The notes below the pieces were generated by a model. It was given only the letters and a program-made list of their open reading frames with translations. It made no database searches and was not told the origin of the DNA. Shown one piece after another: positions 22,701 to 31,700 of a stretch of DNA of 64,000 bases. The DNA comes from an uncultured Eubacteriales bacterium (GTDB lineage Bacteria; Bacillota; Clostridia; Christensenellales; Aristaeellaceae). The position numbers and the translations under genes are program-made. Each line of letters starts with the position of its first letter. Within the stretch, counting starts at the first letter, position 1. The DNA lies in NCBI GenBank assembly GCA_902800625.1, contig CADCFG010000004.1, positions 52,816-116,815 on the forward strand, given 5' to 3'.

Positions 22701-25700
22701 GCCGAGGTCAACAACAACACGATGAACGGCGCGCAGAGCAACGTCTACCTGGACGTGGATTCCGAGCTGGTCGTCAACGCCGACAGCCTGAACAACGGCA
22801 AGAAGATCGGCATCTATGTGCCCGGCGACGTAAATGGCGATCAGGTGGTCAAGCACGGCGACGTCACCGGCTATTTCGGGGCCTACGTATCCGCCGGCAC
22901 GCTCGCAAACATCCCCAATGTGTTCAAGAGCGACCGTTTCAGCGACCTGAAGGTGGCGTATGAAAACAACCGGGTGTACTGGATCAGCGAGCTGAAGTAT
23001 GATATTTACTACCTGAAGAACTATACCACCAGCAAGTTCCCGCCCACTTCAAACTATTTGACGGAAAGCACAAAGGTGTGTAGCAATAAGGATTACGCGC
23101 CGCGCACGCGCACGAGCGACATCTACGACCTCGTCATGGCCATGAAGCTGTACGAGAAACATGTCACGGATTTTGAAAACAAAGTAGATAAAACCAAATA
23201 CGCTTCATTGGCGGTCTATGCCTATACCTTCTCGGATAAGGCCATGGGTAATAATTTCGAGAACTATTTGAAGACCATCCGGTGGGACGGCACGGCCCGC
23301 AAGTGGATGTATGACAAGCAGGACGGCACGACCGCCCCTGCGGATACCACCAAGCTGGTCATCTTTTATTCCGCCCCGGCCTACCTGACCATTGTCAACA
23401 ACAACACCAGTAACCTGGAGCTCGATATTTCCGGGCTGACCGTGCTGGGCAAAGATGCCACGGATGGCGTCTATGGCTTCGTGACCGCGAAGAACGGCGC
23501 GACCGTGACGACATTGCGAACACTTACCGCAGATGACCTGAAGCTCGGCGTCGGCGATTCCATCAAGCTGATGTTCCCCGGCGCACAGGGTCAGAGCTTC
23601 ACCATCAGGGGTGAGTTTGTCGGCAGCGGCGAGGGCGAGATCAAATATACCTTCAACGGCGGCGCTGAGCAGACGATCAGCGGCACCACGGTTGATCTGA
23701 GCAGCTACAGTCTTAATACCAACGACGAAGCGGCGGAACTGGTTTTCGGCGATGCTCTGCCTATCTGCAAAATCGGGAACGAACCTTTCTCCACCCTCAA
23801 GGCGGCAATGGACTATGCTGTCGCGCAGAAAGCGGCAACCGGCAGCAATACCTACAAAATTGAGATGCTGGTGGACTATCTGGTGCCCAAGGATGACGTG
23901 CTGGATATTCCCGACGGCTACAACATCACTTTCACCACCGCTGACAGGGACGCCGAAACCCTGCCCTACACCGGAAACGGCACCCGGGCAACCCTCAGCC
24001 GCGATACCGGCAACTCCGGTTCTTCCGTCTCGGCCACGAACAGCATTCTGACCGTTGACAATCTGGCCTTTGACGGCAGATCCCTGACTGCAGGCGGCAA
24101 GGGCGGTGCAATCAGTACCACGAATTGTGCGACCGTAACCATTACAAACAGTGAGTTCAAAGGCTATCGAGCTGACAACGGCGGCGCAATTTATGTGGAT
24201 AACCGAAACGCGGGCAGCAGTCTGACAGTAGAACACTGTGATTTCTCCAACTGCCAGACCAACGCCTCCGTGGATAAAGCGGGTGGCGGCGCGCTCTGGA
24301 CCACAGCCAGAGAGCTGTATGTGAGAAACTGCACCTTTGACTTCTGCGCCTGCCTGAAGGGCAACGCCCAGGCCGGCTCCATATTCCACAACATCAGGAG
24401 CGGCTGGGCTTCCAATTCCAAGACGGTGATCTCGGACTGCACCTTCAGCAACTCCTACTCGGTGGGCGGCTCCGGCGGCACGATCGAAACCGACGCCCTG
24501 GATGTCACGATAGAAAATTGCAGGTTCCGTGGCAGCTATACGAATAAGAGCAAAGGCAACGGCGGAGCAATCAATGCCCTGGCTGGCGATACGGGGGCAA
24601 GCGGCAGTGAAGGCTATATTGGTACATACAACAGTGATTGTTGGCTCACGGTCAGAAATTGCCTGTTTGAAGAATGCAGAGCTGCAAACAGCGGCAATGG
24701 CGGGGCGATCGTAAGCTCCATGTGGTACGTGACAATCGAGAATTGCAAATTCGATAATTGTCAGTCAAAATATGGTGGCGCGATCAAAATGACCAATGGT
24801 AACGCAAAATGGCTGCACATCAACGGATCTACATTTAAGAACTGTACCGCCGCGGATGTTGGCGGCGGCGTTCACGCCGCGGTTCCGTCTATTGAGATAA
24901 AAAAATCCAATGCCGGAAAGTTCCTGGATAACACTGATAACGACGGCTCCACGCACTTTATCGACTGCGTGGCGAACCGCGGCGGCGGCATCGATAACAA
25001 CAAAGATGGCGCGACCGTCACGATGGAGAACGTCGACTTTAACCGCTGCGCGGCGAGAAGCAGCAACGGCGGCGCGCTGTACACGAAGGCCCAGACCCTT
25101 TCCATCACCGGCGACGCAAACACCTTTACCGATTGCACCGGTTACGGCTCGGGCGGCGCGGTGTACCAGTTGAGAAATGCCGATAAGAGCAGTGTGACGC
25201 TTGAAAACTGCACATTTACCGGCTGCGAGGCCAACAACAACGGAAACGGCGGCGGTCTGTACGCCAACGCCATGACGCTGACCGTTAATTACGATACGGC
25301 GAACGATTCTGCCATAGAGGGTGCGAAAGGCTCCTTTGTAAACTGCACGGCGGCCAACGCGGGCGGCGGACTGTATCACGATTATGCCGGCACCGCTAAG
25401 ATAGCAAACTGCGGCTTTGAAGGCTGCACGGCCAAGACGACCACCGGCGGCGGGCTGTACACCTCCGCGCATACGTTGAAAATAATCGGCGTGGACAGCA
25501 AATTCAAGAATTGTACAGCCCAGACCGACGGCGGCGGTCTGTACCATAACCGGGATGCCAACGGTTCAACGCTTACATTCAAGGACGGTTCCTTCGAAAG
25601 CTGTACTGCAACAGGCAATTACGGCGGTGCGATCTATACCAAGGTCAAGGGAACTGTGACGCTGGAAGGCGGCACCGTCAAGGACAGCACTGCCAAGGCT

Positions 25701-28700
25701 CAGGGCGGCGGTATCTATTTTGCCAATGGCAACACCGCCAGCTTTGACAGCTGCACCATCACCGGTAACACCGTCACCAATAGCGACAGCAAGGGCGGCG
25801 GCGTCTACGTTGCCGGGGGTACGACGACCTATAAGAGCGGCACCGTCAGCGGTTGCAGCGCGGCCTATGGCGGCGGCTGGTACCAGAACAACGGCAATCT
25901 GTACATCCTCGGCGGTTCCATCAGCGGCAGCGCCACGGTCAACGGAGGCGGCCTGTATATAAACGATTCCAAAGCCTGGGTTCGCCAGTACAGCGGTACC
26001 GTCGCCGGTACGGCTGCGGGCAACGGTGGTGGTATTTACGAGAATGCCGGCAACTATACCATCGGCGATGCCACCTATGAGGGCACGGCCTATTCCGGTG
26101 CGTCTGTTGGCACTGTGACCGTGGATGAAGGCGGCAGTCCCGTGTATACTGCGACGGCGGTCAACGGCGGCGGCATCTACCAGAACACTGGAACCATCTA
26201 CCAGAACGCGGGTTCCAGAATCGTCGGCCAGGCTTCCGCCAACGGCGGCGGTTTGTATGTCGGCGGCGCATTACAGTTCAACGGCGGCCTCATTACCAAC
26301 TGTATGGCGTCGGCCAACGGCGGCGGCATCTATTACGCCAGCACTACCAGCGACCTTAACTTCTATGCCGATGCCGATTCGAAGATTCAGAACTGTCGCG
26401 CTGCCAATGGCGGCGGCGTCTACATGAACTCGGCGAAAACCTTCCACATTGGGCAGAAAGACCAGAACAGCATTGGTACTATTGAGAATTGCCATGCAAC
26501 TGCCAATGGCGGAGGCCTGTATCAGACAAGCGGCACCTGTAATCTGCGAAACGCCTCCATCATCCAGGACTGCACTGCGGTAGCAAATGGCGGTGGTGTG
26601 TATCACGCAGGCGGCACGTTCAACATCTACGGGACAAGCCGCATCGAACACTGTAAAGCCGAGGATAACGGCGGTGGCCTGTATAGCGCGGGCGGCATCT
26701 TGACCTTTGAAGGCGGCAGCATCATCCGCAATATGGCGGAAGAGAATGGCGGCGGCGTGTATCACGCGGGCGGTACGTTCAACATGACGAGCAAAGGCGC
26801 GGTGATAGGCGGTTCGACGGAGAACGCGAATACCGCGAATGTCGGCGCGGGCGTGTTTGTGGCCGACGGACAGACGGCGACCTTCAGCGATAACTCGGCC
26901 AAGGCATTGGAGATCAGCTATAACCACGCTGTGACCGCGGGCGGCGGCATCGCAGTCGGCGGGCCGAACGCATTGCTGGACTTCTATTATATGGTGACGG
27001 TGCGGCACAACACGATGGGCTCGCAGAATGCCGAGTGCAACGTGTACCTCGATCAGAACCGCAACACAGTGATCAAGAACAAAGATTTGAACGTGAATGC
27101 CTACATCGGCGTCTACACCTCTGACGCGCAGGACGCGGGCCATGGCGTGCCCGGGAAGCCCTTTGCGACGTATAACAACACGAACAATCTCAACGTCTAT
27201 CACAACGATCGCAGGCCATACCTGTATGGCATGAAGGGCAGCAGCAACAATGAGGTCATCTGGCCGGAGTTCGTCTGCAAGATCAATGACGGGGAAGGCA
27301 ACCTGCTGTACAAGGATGCCAATGGCACGCCCGCGGTGTATTCGGAGCTGGAGAACATCGGCGCTTCCGGCGCGTTCAGCGCGCTCAATACCTCGGCTAC
27401 GCCCGATCTCTATCGCCTGAACGAAGACGGAACCTATAGTAAGTACACCGATGAAGCGCGCGACGGCTACCAGGTCCAGATGCTGGTGCAGGAGTACGCG
27501 CTTGGCTCGGGCAGGCAGATCAAGCTGGACCAGAGTGTCGAGCGGAAGATCGTCCTGACCACGGCTTCAACCGATAAGGATGAGTGCGGCTTTGGTTATA
27601 CGGGCGACGCCAGATTTGCCGCGACCATCAAGCGCACTGCCCCTACCAGCGCCATGGTGTTCGTGGGCGGCGGCAACCAGTGGGAGCTGACCCTGAGCAA
27701 CATCACCCTGGACGGCAACGAACAGGCGGCAACCCAAGAAGGCGCGATACTGCGCATCGAGAATAAGGGTACGGCGATCCTGGGCGACGGCGCGACCCTC
27801 CAGAATGGCTTGACGGCGAACAAAGCCGGCGGCGCGGTGTATCTCAACGATACTGGCTGCGCGTTCACCATGAACGCCGGCAGCCAGATCAAGGATTGCT
27901 CCGCAGGAACGAGCAACGGCGGCGCGGTGGCCGTCAACAACGGCACCTTCACCATGAACGGCGGCAGCAGCATCACCGGCTGCTCGGCGGCCAATGGCGG
28001 CGGCGTCTATCTGAACAACAGCGGCAGGATTGTCATGAACGGCGGCACGATCACCGGCAACAACGCTACCAGCCAGGGTGGCGGTATCGCGCTGGTTCAT
28101 GGTAATTCGCGGGCGACCTTCTCGGACTACTGCATCGTGACGGACAATACCCTGAACGGCACCACCCGCTGTAATGTCCAGTTCAATCAGGACAACAACC
28201 TGCTCATCAATGCCAACGGCCTCGATGGCAGATCCGAGATCGGCATTTATACCGCCGGTCTGGAAAGCAATACGGGTTCTATCTACTACAAGCATGGTTT
28301 GTCCGGGAAACCCTTTGGCACCTGGGCAGTGAATGAAGATAACCTCTTCTGCTTTGTCAACGATCGCAGCACCAATCTGCGCGGCTTCCAGAGTGCCAAG
28401 GAAACGGATACAAGGATATTCTGGGAGTATCATCCGCTGCTCACCGTGACGAAGGACGTCAGCAGCGACTTGAGCGCGGATAAGAATACGGCGGAATTTA
28501 CATTCCAGGTACAACTGCCTGCCGGATCGTTTGATAAGAACAGCACCAAGTATGGCGACATGACCTTTAATAAAACTGGTCTGGCTACAGTAAAACTGAA
28601 GGCCGGACAGTCTGCGACCGCGATCCTGCCGGATACCTTTGACAAGGTTGCTTATGATGTGACGGAGGTTCTGTCTGAAGATCAGAGCGAGGACTATACG

Positions 28701-31700
28701 GCGACGGCGGAGCGGAACGGAACGGCATACCCCTTCACAGAGGCAAAGCCGCTGACGGTCTCCGGCACTCTGGGCGAAAATATCGGAACAGAGAATTCCA
28801 CCAGCCTTTCCGAAGTCGTATTCACCAACACCCGTGCGACGGGCGATCTGACCGTCTCCAAGCAGGTCATCAGCGAAGTCGAGGATGACAAGGAAGAGAG
28901 CTTTGCCTTCACCTTGACCCTGAAGGATACCGGCATCAGCAAGACCTATAAAACAATAAAGAAAGACGCTGAAAACAATGCGACCGAAGGGACGCTGACC
29001 TTTACGGCAGGCGTATCTGATGCTTTCAGCCTCAAGCACGGCGAATCGCTCACGATCAAGGGCTTACCCACCGATCTGGAGTATACTGTGGAGGAAAAAC
29101 TCACAGACGCGCAGAAGGCCCAAATCCGCACCCAGGTGTCCAAGAACCGCTCCGAACCGGTCTATGCCGTGAAGCAGGAAGGCACAATCGGCGAGCATTC
29201 TACGACCACAACCGTGGAAGACGAGGAAAAGACGGTTTATGCCTCGGAAGTAGCCTTTATCAACAACTTCCTTGAGATCGTCTGCAAGATCACCAACCGA
29301 AGCCGCGCACTGCTCTACTACAGGGATGCAGCCGGCAACCTGCAGCCTGCGATCTTCGCCCATCTGGAGGATGCCTTTGACCAGATCAACAGCGGCAATC
29401 TGAGAACCTCCAGCAACGGCACCGTGTCGGGACAGTTGCGCATTGAAATGGTCGTGCCGCAGTACACCATGGAGAGAACGGCGACGCTCAACAGCGGCAA
29501 AACGGTTCTCCTGTCCACGGCTCTGCCTTCGGATGCGGATTATCCCTACAACAAGGGGGAGAGCGACGGAGACAATATTTCCACGGTCTATCGCGGCTTT
29601 GAGAAGGGCGGCATGATCGTGGATAATGGTGCGCTGACCATCGACAGGATTGTCCTGGACGGGGGCGGCACGTCTGCCGCCACCACGGCAAACGGCGGCA
29701 TCGTCTGCGTGGCGGGCCGGGTGCGCCTGACGGTCAACAGCGACGCGAAGCTGCAAAACTCAGTGACCTCCGGTAACGGCGGCGCGATTTGGCTGGGCTC
29801 TGGCGCGTCCCTCACGATGAACGGAACCATTTCCAACTGCTCGGCCGCGTCGGGTGGCGGTGTGTATGCCTCGAATGGCTTTACCACCATTACCACGACC
29901 GGCACCATCACCGGCTGCAAGGCAACCAGCGGCGACGGCGGCGCGATATACGCCTCCACCGGGACAAGCGTAAACCTGAACGCGGGAACAGCGCTGACCG
30001 GCAATACAGCCACCGGCAACGGCGGCGCGGTCTATACCGGGGCCAATCTGATCCTGCGCGGAAGCGTCGGTGGGATCGGAACCGATGAAGGGAACACGGC
30101 GGATGGAAACGGCGGCGGTATTTACATGGGCGAAGGCACCACCTTCACCATGTATGCCGGCAGCAGCGTCAGCGGCAACACGGCAACGAACGGCGGCGGA
30201 CTTGCGACCCTGTCCACAGCTCGAATCGCCGGCGGCACTCTTCAAGGCAATGAAGCGAACCAGAAGGGCGGCGCGGTCTATGCCACGGCAGACGCGGCTG
30301 TGACGATCTCCGGCGCGCCTGTCCTCACCCAAAATAAGGCGGCACTGGGCGGCGCGGTATACGACGGCGGAACCGTGACCATGACTGGCGGCACTATGAC
30401 CGGGAACACTGCCACAGAAAAGGGCGGTGCGGTCTACGTTGAAGCTGGCAGGAGATTCACAATGTCCGGCGGCACCATTAAGGACGGGAACAAATCGCCC
30501 GAAGGCGCTGTTTCAACCGCTGCAAACGCCACGCTGGCCTTCTCCGGGAACGCGGTCGTCAGCGGGAACACGGATTCTGACGGAACGACCGCCAAAAACG
30601 TATATCTTGGCCATGACAGCAACGCCATAATTACAAGCTCCGGCCTCGGTTCCAGCGCCAACATCGGCGTCTATGTGGCCAACGGCAAACCGGAAACGTC
30701 TGATTCATCTGATCCGAATTATCGGGCGGATCATGTGAACAACCCGATCTACGCGGATCATGGCGTGAGCGGCAGAGATTTTGGCACTTATACCGGCAGC
30801 AACCTCAGCGGCGCAAAGCTCAATAAATTTGTCAACGACCGCGATCCGTCGCTGACCGGTATGAGCGGCTCAGTCGCTGACGGAACCCAGTATATTGCCT
30901 GGATCGGCAAGGGCTTGGAACTGCAGGTGACCCAGTACCTGATTCAAACCGATGAAGACGGAAATCCTGTGCTGGATGACGACAGAAACCCCGTCCTTTC
31001 CGAGAAGCAGGTTCCTGTACAGAACGCCAGCTTCACTTTTACCCGAGCGGATGGCGTTCAGGTCTGGAGCGGAAAGAGCGGAAAGGATGGCATTGTGACC
31101 ATTCCCTGGGGCGGCAACGAAACAGCGGGCGGAAATGTTGCTTCCTTTGTCCCGGGCAGTGTATATAGGCTTGATCAGACTGCTGCCGCAGAGAAGACTG
31201 TACTTCCCGCGGGCCACTGGAAGGTGACCATCGGCAGGGATAATTCCGTGACCTGGGAAATGGTGCCCGTGGAGGGTGCAGTTGACCGCACCCTGGAAAT
31301 TGTGCTTCCCGAAAAGGCTTACCTCGGCGAAACCTTCGGCCTGAAGAACGATGTGAAGCCGACGCTGACCTATAACGCCATGAACGGCAAGCTGTCCGAC
31401 GGCAGAGGGGAGCGAACGGATACCATCGCCTTCACCACCAAAGAGACCAGCCACAGCTATGAGATCAGGGAAACGAATCCCACCAGGGAAAGCCATGTGT
31501 TCAAGGCGTGGGCAACGATGGATAAAAAGCCGGAGGGCGAGAAGGACGCAGAGCTGACAGAGGAAGAATTGACAGCAAAGGGATACTTTGAGTACGCGCG
31601 GGAGGACAATATCACCTTCTATCGCGGTACGGATTCTGCAGACCCCGCTGTTAAGTATGCTCAATCAATATCCAAAGGCGACATGACGCTCTATGCGCAG

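Noticed and set aside
23961-23975. LPYTG (LPXTG-like) motif within the giant protein
   Set aside because: It is internal, at about residue 3405 of 6669. It is not followed by a hydrophobic segment and basic tail, so it is not a sortase sorting signal.
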